This document shows positions 36,521 through 50,410 of a DNA stretch of 64,000 bases, piece after piece. Position numbers and translations under genes: made by a program. Source of the stretch: Glaucostegus cemiculus (lineage: Eukaryota); contig CDPCPM010000022.1 in assembly GCA_976551045.1 (NCBI GenBank), positions 496,001 to 560,000 of the forward strand, written 5' to 3'. Every line of letters begins with the position of its first letter. Within the stretch, counting starts at the first letter, position 1. Below the pieces are notes generated by a model. That model was given only the letters and a program-made list of their open reading frames with translations, was not told where the DNA came from and ran no database searches.

Positions 36521-39500
36521 TGTGCGATTTAATCTACTATTTGTGCATCCAACCTTGGTATTTCTAAAACCCTACGCCAACAATAAAATATTGAAAGATT
36601 TGTTATGCCATTTATAAAGCATATCATTTTGGTGTTGTACAATATGCACGATTATGACGTTTATCCATGTCTTTACTTCTTCGCAAAGAGGCGTTATGAT
36701 TCGCACTTTTACCAGTTTCAAATTCACCACCAACTTCATGATGGACTAACTTAAAAATAATTATAAAAACAATTCAGGACAAACACGATACAAAGAAACG
36801 CACGCTTCGCTCAAACTAATTGTTTCGCACTTAGAAGCTTATAAAAGTGTGGTTTCACCCTTAACCCTTTGCTAGCCTGTCAATATCATGTAGATATACT
36901 TGCTGCTATTCAATGTTAAAAAGTACCAACATTTTGCCAGTGAATCCATAAACACGTTTAATAAATCGAATCTGTAAACTATAATCAGGTCGAATACTGT
37001 ATTTAACATCATACGTGACCTTATGATGGGTCAGCAGAATTGAAAAAAAATGCTAGCAGTGTCCCTTCTTGTTGACCTATGGTCTTTAGTTTCAAACTGT
37101 CAGTAATCATATGCTTAAACTGCAAAAAGTGCAATTAGTTGTGTTTAACATAACTTATTATGCTGAAATGTATTTTTGAATAGTTGCCAAGAAGTTGGCT
37201 TATTACAGAATTACATAACGGTTATGGTACAATATACAGCAGTTTTGTTTAATCGGGATTAGAATGGAAGCTCTTTGGAAGTTTGAATCAGGATGTTCTA
37301 AAATCCCACTCAATGCAATGCGAATCCATTTGCCTTCAGAGAAACAGAGACACTGCGGGATGTAACTAGATCATATTTACATGCTCACAGCAATTTAGGA
37401 ACAGATAACCATTGTAGTAACACTGCACATTCGAATCGAGGAAGCTGTACTCGTCTGATATACTCAGCTACAGTTGAAACATGTGCCTGGAAACTTTACT
37501 GCTCCACAAACTGTCCTAACTAGCACTGCCAACCAGTCACAACCAGGATCAGAAAACAATCAAGATACTGGACGCAAGCAACCATACGGAATTCAATATT
37601 AGCTCGGGTGAATTGAAAGAGGGGATTTTACAACACCAGCCCGCATTGTTCCCCAGATCCCTCCCAATTTCAGGCTTGACTTGCACATCCAAAGTTTGTT
37701 TGTTAATGACGCCGTTACCATCTGCCTCGTTCTACTTTCCAAAAGAAGTAAATCTCTCTTTCATTTGTCGAGAATTGCGTTTTTCCAAATTATCTTTTAA
37801 ACATTTCAAAACAAAAGGAACATTTGAACGTTTTGCTGACACTCACCGTTACACAACCGTGCATTCTACAAAACAAAATGGTTTGGAGAGTTTAGAAGTT
37901 GGTGCTTCTGTTTCCCAATCATTGTTTTATTTTTTGAAACATAACGGGTCATAAATTAGGGCCCCTCGGACTTCTCCTGAAGCGGGAATGTTAGCGAGCT
38001 GGCCATAAATTAGACAGGCAGTGCGGCAGACTGGGTGATCATTCAAGAGACAAAATGAATACACCCAAAGGAAAGGCTTGTCACTATTTACCCTTCATCT
38101 TCTCAGGAAAAAAAAGACCGAAATCTGTTCTCTAGCTTGCTGAACCTAAACGTCGTAGGAGATTCGCATTTTGGGTCTGTTTCCGAGTAATGTCATCTCA
38201 ACAATTTGGTGTCTTTTGCATTGAAAAGCGATTGGGGTTTTGTGTGCTTTTCGAATGAAAGCTTGACAAAAGTTGAGATGGTTTATGTATGGGCCCCACA
38301 ATGGCTCTATTTATCCGCCGCGTACAGCCTGAACCTTCAGTGAATTGGAAAACTGAGTCAAACTCAACCCCGATCGCGTGGTCTTGTTTACAACCCCAGT
38401 AGCTAAGAGAAAGCCATAAAAGAAATTAAAACGATGTACGTAGAGAAAATGCATAGTTCTGCTCTTTGTGCGAAAGGAGAAAAAATCCCTGGCAGCTTAT
38501 TAGTAGGAGGGTAGTCGCACCCTATATTCATCAGCTTGGAAACAGATGGTATTTCATGTTGCTTTTTCAGTCCCCACTTGTTGATTTGCTACAATTATAA
38601 AGACAAGATCGATCTTTGCAAATTTTGAGTCAAATTTGCACATGCCACAAACATTAAAAGTTATATTTGTTTAACTGAAGATTTAAATTCTGTTTTGATC
38701 AGCCAATGGAAGGAGTGATTCTTGAATGGCAAACCGCGATTTCGCTCAAGAACTCAACAGTTGGTTATGAAACGAAAACATACAACAGTTGTTAAGACTG
38801 AGGAGAATCCGATTTTTCTGCAGTAATTTCCGAATTTCATTAGAGGTGGCCAACCAGTGGGCAACAACCCGTTTGCAAATAAAAGTTTCCACATTTAGGT
38901 ACAGTCAAGCACATGCATGCCAATAACGTTATGTAGTAGCTGAATAATGATTAGGGTCCTGTTTTCTTAGAAATGCCAACATTAAAACACATACTAACTA
39001 GGAAAACTTAAATACTTCATGAAACGTTGCTTCACTTATAGGTGCCAGGCACTCAAGGGTAAGGTGTTCAAAACCGTGATACCCCCTCACGTGGTTTGTG
39101 TAGTGAGATATAAGAATAAACCAACAAGCCCGCTACGCATGGAGTACTTGTCATTTCGTCAAAGTAGTTCATTAACTATGAATTACTCTCTAATTGTATT
39201 ACAGCATAGTTAAGGGATGTTGCACTTATTGCGTTTGCTGTAAATTTCACTGTCAAATTCAAAATAACATTTTAATTACATGAAAATTAAAACACGTAAA
39301 TATCACATAGGTTTCTACGTTTGAATCGCATTTTCATTATGATATAAAATGCTATACAATCCATGTGTGAATTTATATAAGGCAAATCTACTTTATAATC
39401 ATGATTGCCTGAATCTTAATGTTAAATTTACTCAATTATTCGCATGACTTCACTTAAACAGTAATTTCTGTTATCCCGTTGTCTACCTATTCTTTAACTG

Positions 39501-42500
39501 CTGCGAGAAGTTGAAACTCGATTATGTCGAATCTGTAGTTCCCTTTAGTTTTTCACGACCTGATTAATGCTTCGGTGTGGTCCGTATACAGACGACGAAT
39601 CGTACTCCTTCTGGCTTCTCTATCATGGACTGCACTGGAATTCAGAGGGGCATTTTAATTTGTCCCACAGTTTGCTTCGTAATTCTTCATATTACAATAT
39701 GTACACTTGCAAGCGTATGCATCACGCAAGACCATCCGTTGTTACCTTTTGGGAAAAAAAGTTAGGAGTATCCCAATGCATTATGAGCAAATAACGATAT
39801 ATTTTGAATGTGACAATTATGACAAAGGAAATGCTTAACCCTCTGGGTTAGCCTACCAACTTATGTGTAAGATATCCGAAGATCCATAAATATAATTTAA
39901 AATTTAAAGTTATACACATATTACTTAATATCAAAGAACAACTGGATAACTTTCCTGTGTTCTGGACATAACCCAGAGCTGACATCAAATGTTATGTCCT
40001 ATAAGTCTGTCTTGGGCATTTTCGCTAGGTAACAAATTACCAGTAATTAAAAGTAAGACTGAGAGACATAGGCCATCATAGTCTAATTAAAATCATTACG
40101 TTTCTCTGCACAACTTTTGAAGATTTTGTCAATGAACAGAATATACAGATAGATGTGGGCTCAATGAAATGCATATTAGTTAATAAAATAAAACGAAGTA
40201 CAGGTTTAGCCTACTTCTGCTGGTACGTAGTAATTAGTCCGGTGAGTATTCCAGTGCACATAAAACAGGGAGAATCAAACTGATGTTTGTATTAAGGTAC
40301 AATAGTGGATTGTGGTGTATGTATGAATGCACTAAATGGTAGTTTGCCAGTGTTCACTGAACTTTTCGTCCCTACCTGTACACTGACAGGGTGGATTAGC
40401 CAATACCGCTGACGTGGAGCAAGGCCATTAATCTGAGGAACATCATCAAATTCCTCATTAACTTTTACAAGCGGTTGCTGCAGCACAACTTAAAGCCTGT
40501 GTTGCTCTCTATTAGGAGCAGTGAGTTGATGGCCGAAATCTGTTGCAAGAAGCGCGTGCAATCGCTGGGGCTCAGGCATCGCACATTATTATAAATAACG
40601 CGGGTTCACACGCTTATCATGTAACGGCAGAACAACCAAGCCATTTTAATCAAGTGGTTATCTTAACCATCATTAGAGATCAGAGCGCTATCACTATGGG
40701 TCTCGTCATTGTGCTTCGCTGGAAATGACAGCTCTCTGACTAATGGGGACCAGTCAGTGGATGAGATTTCAGTATCCTGCACTAAAATTCACGCATTACC
40801 ATTTCATTAAAATACACAGAAAGGAAGCACGCTTTTAAAGCAGTTATTAAGACTGATGCTTAATTGTTCGGTCGAGATCCAGAACTAAATTGCAAAGAAT
40901 TCCCCAAAGTCAGCAGTCTTTTTCTTAACCTTCCTCAGTAGTGGAAACCACCAGGAATCAACACTATGTTCACATTTTCTGCAAAAGCCACTTGTAATAA
41001 ACATTGTATTACTTAATATTCAGCAAACGTTAACTGTTCTCAACATACTAGAGTTTCTTGTTAGATCCGCCGGTCTTAACATTTGTCTTTTATTTTGATA
41101 CGGATTTATTCAGGTTAAAATACATTACTGCATGCAGTTTTCACTGGTGAAACGGAAGCATTGGATCTCTAAGACTTCTGGATTGTTCTATTTATCTTTG
41201 ACCGATGGTAAAGGAGTTAGAAATGGTGATAAAGCTGAGTAATGTAGATCGAAATATAGTTTAATTCTTAAATGTTGTTAATTTCAGCTTGCTTATGAAA
41301 CAACAAAAGACATATTGTGTGATCGTTATGTGTGTAAACCGTTTGGAAGTGTGAAGTTCAGTCTGCAAAGACAGAAACGAAGTCTTTAAAGTATCTCATT
41401 CTTAATGTTTTACTTAAAGATCCCATTGTTACCTTTGAAGACCAAGCATTCAGTAAAAAAAAACCACAGGAGTTTTAAAACATAAATGTGTTTTAGGCAG
41501 GGGAAAATTGGACTTTATGTAGGAATCGGTATTTTTAATAAAGAGCTAGAAACGTACCTTTAAAACGTAAACGCTTTGTGCAAATGTGCACATCTGTGGT
41601 TAATTTTTGTTTACATTTAAATATTCATTAATTAATAGCTAGTTATTTCTTCATATAGATGTGGGTTGTGAAATATATTTCAACTGAAACTGACAAGAAC
41701 ATAACTTCTCAGGCAGTTTTTGGAGAAAATGCAGCCTATTTTACACGCATTGTTTGCCGTTTGAAGTTCAGGCACCACATTATTCCAAATGGCAAAACCC
41801 AAAACTTTCTCAAATGACAAGTCACGTTATCATTTTAGGGAAAGGCGGTCTGAAGATCTATGACAGCTGAGACTCTCACATCGATTATATGACACTATGG
41901 GTCATTTACGCTGCTGTACGCGAAGAATTATAAATATCACACAAGACATCACCTTTCAGACATAATTTGAGATTAGGAGCGAGTAAATTGTCGAATGACT
42001 GTGTATCAGATTTGCTTAACAGATACATCGGTTGGTTGCCTCTTAGGTCCAGGCTTCACGCCCCAAGTAACCTTGCTGGTACAAGGCAGCTGAACTTTGA
42101 AATGTTCTTGTAAGAAAATGCTCCAGCTGAAAATTTCTGTAATTATTCTTTTAGATCCTTCAAAGGTCGCTCCGTCATTTCCAGGAACAAAGGGGATCCT
42201 GAAATGTTCTTATATTGATTATTTGTCACCGTGCATTTGTCACTTCCAATAACTTTTCTTGAAGTTTTACTTACGGGCACTTGAGCTTTTAGATTAGCTC
42301 AGCTCTTTGTATTTCTGAGTAGTTTTGCGCCAAAGGCTTAATTATACAGTGTCCTACTTCCGAATGGCCAAATCCTGAAGCAAACCATTGTGGTAGCCAT
42401 CATAAGGCGAAAAGCATTACTATATGGCACCATTAATCTGCTCTCAGTTCAAGAAATACCACCCTAGAGCACTCTTCATCCAGATCGATAAAAAGTGTTT

Positions 42501-43299
42501 GCATGTTGTTGTATTCCCGGGCCTTTTACCTGTAAACCTCCATCTTCTCATTCGCCCCGCTTTCTCTTCCCAACCATTTCCAACCCAGAACTTTATTCCT
42601 CCTTTTCATTGAAGGCGAATATTCTGCCTGCTTTCACCATACTCTGACCCTCTTTCACATGTTTCAACGATTAGCTACTTGCGCGTATTTGAGATCATGA
42701 ATAAGTACTTCACAAATGGAAATGATATTTGGTGTTGAAAGGTGAGCCGCAAACAAAACCCAAGTGTTTATCTGAATTGTCCAACCAACAACAACGTAGA
42801 AAGTTCACGATATAACATTGCACGTTGGAAATATAATTTGACTTATAGTCTGAAGTGTGTCCCGTTAAATCAGCAGGACATGAAAAATTATGTCTCAAGT
42901 ACTCGAAATATGCTAATATATATGTTTAAATCGAAAAGGAGCTGACGGTCAACCGGTAATGCAATAGAGAAAAGGAAGTCTAACCAGAAAGGGACAAGGA
43001 CAGTTCGCTGGTGTGCGGGTTCATATCCACTGTTGACTGCATAGTCTACAAAAGGGACAGATAACCATCAGGTGCCCGCATTCATGGCTTAACCGCCCGA
43101 TCCATCATTATTCAGTGCAAAGCTTGCGGAGGCAGCAGGCAAAATTCATCAGTCTCAGCTCTCGGTCACTGGGGGATGTGGCGGGACACCGCTCTGGCCC
43201 CCAAACCACCTTTGAACTTGAAGACTTAAAATACTTTGCAACACTTAATGCAACAACTGACTGATTAAGAAATAACTCGAAGTCCTTCGACATTTGAAT

Positions 43300-44270
43300 C
43301 GAAGGTGCCGATGGCTTCAACTCTTTTTAAGATAAAATGTATTTGGTTGGAAAGTCTGCAAACTGCGCTTCAGCGTGCGATTGCTTCGGACACCGCACGC
43401 AAGCGCTTGCTTTCCCCGCTGCGCCGGGTCTCATGTCACCCTGGTGTGGAAACAGGTGTCCGCTATGTGTCAGGTAGTGCGGGTCCCTTGCTGTGCGCTG
43501 GCAGCGTTTAAATGAAGATGCCGCCACTTTGACACGGGGACGTGCGTTAGGTGGAAGTGAAAAGACGGGCATTAGTACTTTGTGTGTGTGTGTGTGGGGG
43601 GGGGGGTAGTAGTTGGGGGGGGGTGGCGGTGTTTGAGGGGGAGGGCGGCCGCTGTTGCTCGGAGTCATTAGCACACGGTAGGCTGCAAAAACAGAAACCT
43701 TCCTTTCTGCTGTTTTTTCTTCGTGTGGTAACTAGGATAAGCTTGGGGTGCCCAGTCGCCACGGTAACTGCCAGAAAAATTGCGCTGAAGTTTGACGAGG
43801 TCACGCAACAAGGTCAACCACTCTGGCCTCCGTGCGATATCCCTGCCGCCGAGGATCCAGCCATCGGGCAGCAGCGCCGGGCCGGGGGCTGGGAGCACGG
43901 CCTCGGCCCCCGCTCCGGCCTCAAGCCTCCCCAGACCTCAGCCAGCACCCCCTGCCTCCGGCCCTCCCCCAGCCCCCAGCCTCCCGCCTCGGTCCCAGCC
44001 CCAGCCCCAGCCCCAGCCCTGGGAGGGAGGCTGCCGGAGCTCTGACAGAAATTGCCTCCGTCAGTTCACGGCCTGGGCTCCCCAGGTGGCCTGTGAAATC
44101 GATTTTGACCCTGGCGACCCTGTCTAGCGGAGGCATGGCTGCCAACATAGCCAGGGATTTAGCTGGGGAAGGCAGATTTACATTAAGTGTTTTGGGCAGC
44201 CTCAGAGTTTTTTTTGTCAGAGCGAAGGATGGGGGGGGGGGGGGGGGGAAATGTGGTGGACACACGTGAT
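43300..44270. promoter_or_regulatory. Orphan CpG/GC-rich island with G-quadruplex-prone repeats
   Basis: Very high GC and CpG; (CCCCAG)n at 43994-44019; G runs; RFX-like GTCGCCACGGTAAC at 43755-43768. Confidence 0.55.
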
Positions 44271-44999
44271 CTTGGAGAAAAGGTGCCTTTTTTTTAGAGT
44301 CCCATTTATTACCAGTGACATTTTGATTTCTGAAAGGGAAGAGAGAAATGCTCTCTGTGTTAAGCTTAAAGCCAAAGGGAAATCTTTCTGGTGAGATCCC
44401 ATCCAGTTTCCTACCCATCCACCAATAACCGCCTTAACACAAAATCTGCTGTCGACCCAATGGCCAGTTTTGCTTTCAAACTGCAGCACAGTGGCACAGG
44501 GAAAAGATCTTCAAACATACGGAGTCAAACCACTTTTTGTTTTGATTACAAAACATGAATTAAATCATATTCCATTGTGAGATATAACTGATGAATGTGG
44601 TAATATTTTTCACGTAGTTGAAGAACAATTCTACATTGCCATATAAACAGGACTGTATATCTTTTAAAGGGGAATAGCAGCTATCTAAAAATATTTTGGG
44701 CTGAGAAAAGTTGCATTCAAAGTTTTGTGCATTACTGTTGATTTTAGCAAATATAATTATTTGCACGGGAACATGTATAGTAGCAACCACCACCATATTG
44801 ATAACAATGGCGTTATTTTACAGATACAAGTAAAATAACAATATCTCACAGTTAAATGTGTTGCTTGATAACTGTATTAAATAGGAACATTTGTTCCTTA
44901 AGTAGCTGCCACTATTGGGAATACCACCACTGCTTCAAGTTTCCATTGATGTCATACATTACCCTGATCTGAAAATTTATACTGGTTCTTTACTGTCTC

Positions 45000-45285
45000 T
45001 GTATAAAAATTCTCCATTCGCAATCTAACAGCACTGGGGAAAGTTCTTCACTACATCACCACCTATAGTAACTGATCATGACTGCTTTTCACAAGGAACT
45101 TGATGGACCACCTACGCTACATTTTCTAAATTGATGCAGTGCAATTTTGACATCACAAAGACGGATAACTAACACAACTCCTGTATGAAATCAACAACCT
45201 TATTGTGACCCAACTGCCAATAAAAAGGGTGGCCAATAAACCTTGATCTTCCCACTTGTGGCTACATTCTGCAAATAAATAAAAC
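45000..45285 (+). mobile_element. Decayed LINE 3' end (family of 1545-2220)
   Basis: Ends GGGTGGCCAATAAA...GCTACATTCTGCAAATAAATAAA, like the 3770 and 50400 tails. Confidence 0.4.
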
Positions 45286-46039
45286 AATGGACCTTTAAAT
45301 TTAAATACTAAGACCTATTGACAGTAATATATTATGCAAAATGAATTATGTAAAATCTAATGTAAATTGCACAAGATAATATGTGGTGACTTTGAATGGA
45401 TTTTGACTAAATTAATAAATCTTTATTCTTTAGTATCATAATTCTAAGTACAGTTGTAATTGTTGGTATGTAGAAATAGCATTTTTAAAATTTCTTCATT
45501 GTTTAATGACTGACCCTGGTTTTGAGTCTTACAGATGAATAAATTCCCAGTTTTGACCCTGTGGCTGTAATGAGTTCTTAGCTTGGGTTTTGAGTCCAGT
45601 GCTCTCAGATTACATGAACAGAATTGGCCAAAATTCACCCCCTCTATAGCTGTTCTGTGATTTCTGCTGCAAAGTGTACACTTTTTAGTCAGTGGCTGAT
45701 GGCAGGAACAGATTAGTTTGTGAAGTTCTCAGTTGGAATGGCCTGTTGACATTACTTTTTTACATAAAGGATGGTAATCGGTACTGGAAAATGCTTGTTT
45801 CTATAGAACTTTACCCAAATGAATGTCAATCGCATGAATTAAGATGAGATGGAAGGGAAGACAAAAGAACTGAGGTGAAGGAATTGGGGAATTCTTAACA
45901 GTTATGAGTCCATACATGTTACCAATATAGTAAATGAAGTTACTGCTGATTATGTGCCATTTACTGAGGTTATATTGGTTTGTAAACTATGGTCAGTGGT
46001 AGGAATTTTCTTTTGCTGATGAAATTTGGCAATAAAGAT

Positions 46040-46700
46040 GAGGGATCTGGGGATTCATAGATCTGTGAAGGTGGCAGGACATGTTGAGAGAGTAGTTAGC
46101 AAAACACATAGAAAACACCACTGATAGATGTATTGAGTCAACATATATGGAAGCCTTATAAAAGTTCTGGTTAGTCCACAGTTAAAATATTGCATCCAGC
46201 TCTGGTCGCCACAATTTAGGAAGGATATGAAGGTGCTTGAGAGGGTGCAGGGGATATTGACCAGATGGATTCCAGAGATGAAGGTTTTTAGTGATGAGGT
46301 TAGTTGGAGAATCTGGGTTGTTCCCCTTGGGCAAAGAAAGTGGAAGGGAGATCTGATGGAGATGTACAGGATTATTACAGTTTTAGATAATGTAGATAGA
46401 GAAAAGCTGTTTCCAGTAGCTGATTGTACAAGGACTAAGTGGGGGACACAGATATAAGATTCTGTGCAAGCGATGCAAATGGGATGTGAGAAAGAACTTT
46501 TTACACAGAGAGTGGTAACAATCTGGAATGCTGTCTGTGGAGGAGATGATCAATAATTTCAAGAGAAGTCCCTTGAGTAACAAGGGTACTAAATGTGCAA
46601 TTAGAACAGGGGAATTAGACAGGATCTCTACAAAGAGTCAGCGTGGACTTGATGTGATGGCAGGCCTCCTTCTCTGCCATAAGGTTCTATGATTCCATAG
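46040..46700 (+). mobile_element. CR1 LINE 3' fragment
   Basis: ORF 46227-46457 KVLERVQ...TR.IP.M...GDL.E.Y.I...D.VD.EKLFP; tail TTCTATGATTCCAT. Confidence 0.85.
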
Positions 46701-49589
46701 TGCTATGCAGTGGACTTTTCCAATGTCAGTAATGGTGAAGTGTCTGCTCTCAATAATCCTTAGAATTCAGCAACAGTAATGTCATCAAGATGGCTCAGCA
46801 GTCAATTACATCAAGAATTAAGCATAATATTAACTAATATTTTGAACAACTTACAATTCTGCAAAATAACATTTGGAACATTACTGTGAGATTAAAGTAC
46901 AGGCTGAAATACTATGCATTTTAAAAAAATATTAAAATACATTTTGATACATATATTGGAAGAATTAGAATACCAAAAAACAAAATAGCTAAATTGTAAT
47001 TACGGCAAGTCCTTCATTCAGATCATTGTTTCTCTTAATGCAGCAAAGGAGAACATTTACAGCCGTTCTTTGGAAATAGTCTGTACTCCTAGGGACACCA
47101 GAAAATTACTGACAGCAGCTTTGGGTTTTCTGCATTTGACTGTGTGAATGCTTATGCCAGAAGTTGTTGTCACTGTCATGATGGCCAGTGCTGACCACCT
47201 TACCATCAGTAAAACTGCAAAACCTGGGCTAGGATATTGAACTTTTCTTCATGATTCAGTGTATTTCACATGCAAAAGAAATATTTCATTGAATCACAAT
47301 GAGAAAAGAGCATTCCTACATTGCAGATTGATAATGTTCCAAGCATGCTGCTTTTCCAGTCCAGAGATCTCTTTTTTCCCCAAGGGACTTTACATCCTAA
47401 TTTTGCAATCTATTCTAGTTTTCTGAAGGTAAGTGCTCTTCATGACATATTCATCAGAGGAGGTATACTTGAAGTTGACTTAGTGCAATGAACTTGATAG
47501 GTCAATTACACTGCAGTTGCTGGATTGATGCAGTGACTAGGTGAGACAGGATGTTTAAAGCCTTGTCCTTGATTTAGCTCTGCTAGTGATAGGGATGCCA
47601 TAAAGTAGAAGAAAATGTAGTCCAAGTTGCCTTTGACGTGCATGTGATGGTCATCTGAATGCAGCATAGGGCTTAGTTGCGATGCACCATGCAGTTGAGT
47701 AAGTGTCACTGTTCATTGTAGAAGTTTGCAATGAAATATGTACAATGAGGAGAGAGATGAGAAGATGAGAAAGCACCTTGCAGTAAAGTGTCAATGTGTT
47801 CCAGAGGAAAGTAAAAAAATTAACAAGGGGGTAAAATAGTATGAAGATGTAAACTGTTTCATCTGAATTAAGGAATTTTAAAAGAAGTAACTGGTGATAG
47901 GTCAAAGGTACCTGTGAATGTAATGGTAAAGTTGAATATGCCTTCACATAGGCAGGTAATGATATAAAAATAACTAATTCATATAAGTAAATCATAATTA
48001 AAGCATATATGGAACTTAATTTCTTTATAAAAAGTGCATGGCAGAAATATAGTTTCATGAGTGTTCTATGTGTAAGAATGTAATATGTATGTATACATAA
48101 GTTCTCAATTTTCTTTAGTATGCTTTGACATCCAATTACAGCATTAACTACAAGAGGCAAAACAAGCGCTTCATTTTTTTTTCTTTTTATTTAGTGCTTT
48201 TGCATCTATTGCAAAGTTGTAGTTTGACTCTGTTGAGTCTGAGCCAGTAAAATTACTGACTGTTGCAATGACATTTCCCTCCAGGCACATGAAGTGCAAA
48301 CTGATATATTTCATCAGTAACATTTCACTAAACTTAATGAGATATAAACTCTGAGATTGGGTTACAGTGTATTACCTTCTCCAGTATCTTTCACTTTGTT
48401 TGTATCTAATGCACATAATGATGTTTTCTAAAATATAAGTTTGTTTGAAAGTTCTGAGATTTATTTTTGTTTTTGATGTTTAAGAGCAGTGCCAAATGAT
48501 TAGCACAAAATCCATTGACTTTATTTGGAACTTTCCTGCATGTATAGATACAAGTGTATGACATGTTTAGCTGGTAGATATGTGCGCAGTACTGTGCAAA
48601 GACTGATGTGCAAGAAATCACTAAACCATGGATAGATTTACTAAACAGAAACCACAACATGGATTGATCATCCAGAAGTTGTAGCACCACACAAAATTGA
48701 TTTTTTTCAATAACAACTATGTTGCAAAGGACTGACCAACTAAGATCTATATACCACTGCACCTGAACTGACCAGGAACCACATTCCTGCCGATTTTTTT
48801 TTTGGTTTCTCCCTTGACCTACTCTGGTACAAATATATACCCAAGACACATCTTCAGCCTGTGAAGTCCTCTTTAATTGCATCTGCACAAAATGCACTTC
48901 TCGTAATGAGTTACCTTATATTGCAGTTGGAAAAAAAAGGTAAAACAACATGTGCCAAATTTCAAAAGTAAAGGAACACAAACTATTTCAGAGGTGTGGA
49001 GGAGTTCCTCAAAGAACCAGAACATTCTTGGATAATTATGTAAATGTGTATTAATTGCATGTTCCAGATAAGATAAACTCCACTGTCAAACATTGAAAAT
49101 GAATTGGTCAAGCCCTATAGCTGTGTTTTGTAGAAAACTGGTGGATGGAATTGAATAAAATTCAGCTTTAATTAACAATATATAAAATATCAATGTGATT
49201 GAAGCAAACTATTAGGCAGAATTTGTTGGAGCAGATCTTCTGTTAGCAAATATTATTTTACACCCAAACTTATTGGTAATACTGCAACATAGGCAACAGA
49301 GCTTCTGGGATTTTAATGATAGGACCAACAGTGATGGTAGATATTCTCAGCAGAGCAATTATGCGGTATTTACCAATAATCACCTTATTAAAACTTAGTT
49401 TGGGTCCTACCAAGACCACATAACTGTAGACCTCAGAACAGCCTTGGTCCAAACATAACAAAAGAGCTGAATTGCAGAGGTGAGATAAGAGTGATTGGCC
49501 ATGTTACCAAGGCAGTATTTGATGGACTGTAGTATTTATAAAGTTTCAGAAAACTGAATGGAAAACTCTGGCTGGGGTCATACTTAGAG

Positions 49590-50410
49590 AAAGGAATATT
49601 GAAGGATACCACCTCAGACCAGAAGATCACTGTAGGAGTTCCTCAGGATATTGCCCTAGGCTTAATCAGGTTTTGGTTGCATTGTCAGTGTCCTTCCCTC
49701 CCCTGTAAGATCAGAGGCTGGAGCATTTGCTGATGATTGCATCATGTTCAGTTCTGTACTCAACATCACAGCACTGATAAATGGCAAGTAACACTAGTAC
49801 CACAGAAGTTTTCATCAGCGGGCAGCTAACACTCTGTTACCATCATTGAATCCCCTATTATCAACCTTGGGTAGCTTACCAGTGATCAAAAATTTAACTG
49901 ACCCTGCAATTATGGGTGTAAGAGCGGGTAGGGAGTCTAAGTTGAGCAGTTTATATCCTGACATTCTCAAACCTTTTCATCGCCTAATATAGAAGGCAGG
50001 AGTATGGTGGAATACTTTCTGCTTGCCCAACCAGTTAGCTTGCCATCACCCCAGAACATTCTTTTACATCCCCACTGGTGCACTATGGCTACAGTGTGCA
50101 CCATCTTTAAGATTCATTACAACATCCTGTCTAGGTTTCATTAGTACTTTCCAAACTCATGATGTCTAGGACTTAGAAGGGCAAGGAGAGCTGGCACATA
50201 GACACCAAAGAATCTACAGGTTCCCTTCCAACTCATGCACCATCGGATATGGAAATGGTTTCTTCATTGTTGCTGTGTTACAAAGCTGGAACACCTACAT
50301 AACAGCACTCACTTAAGGACTGGAGTGGCAATGTTCCACTACCTTCTCAGGCAGTTGAGGAATGGGCATTAAATGTTTGCCTTGCCATTGATGCCTACAT
50401 TCATGACAGA
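49590..50410 (+). mobile_element. Decayed non-LTR retrotransposon RT fragment and 3' end
   Basis: GGAGTTCCTCAGGA (GVPQ), GCATTTGCTGATGATTGC (AFADDC), GGAATACTTTCTGCTTGCC (EY), family tail at ~50360-50400. Confidence 0.7.

Noticed and set aside
43551-44418. Long Pro/Ala/Gly-rich ORFs (164, 145, 165 aa)
   Set aside because: Low-complexity GC-rich DNA lacks stop codons; no domain, splice or codon evidence
47651-48897. 169-aa and 163-aa minus-strand ORFs
   Set aside because: AT-rich, hydrophobic-biased translations with non-ATG starts and no recognisable motifs
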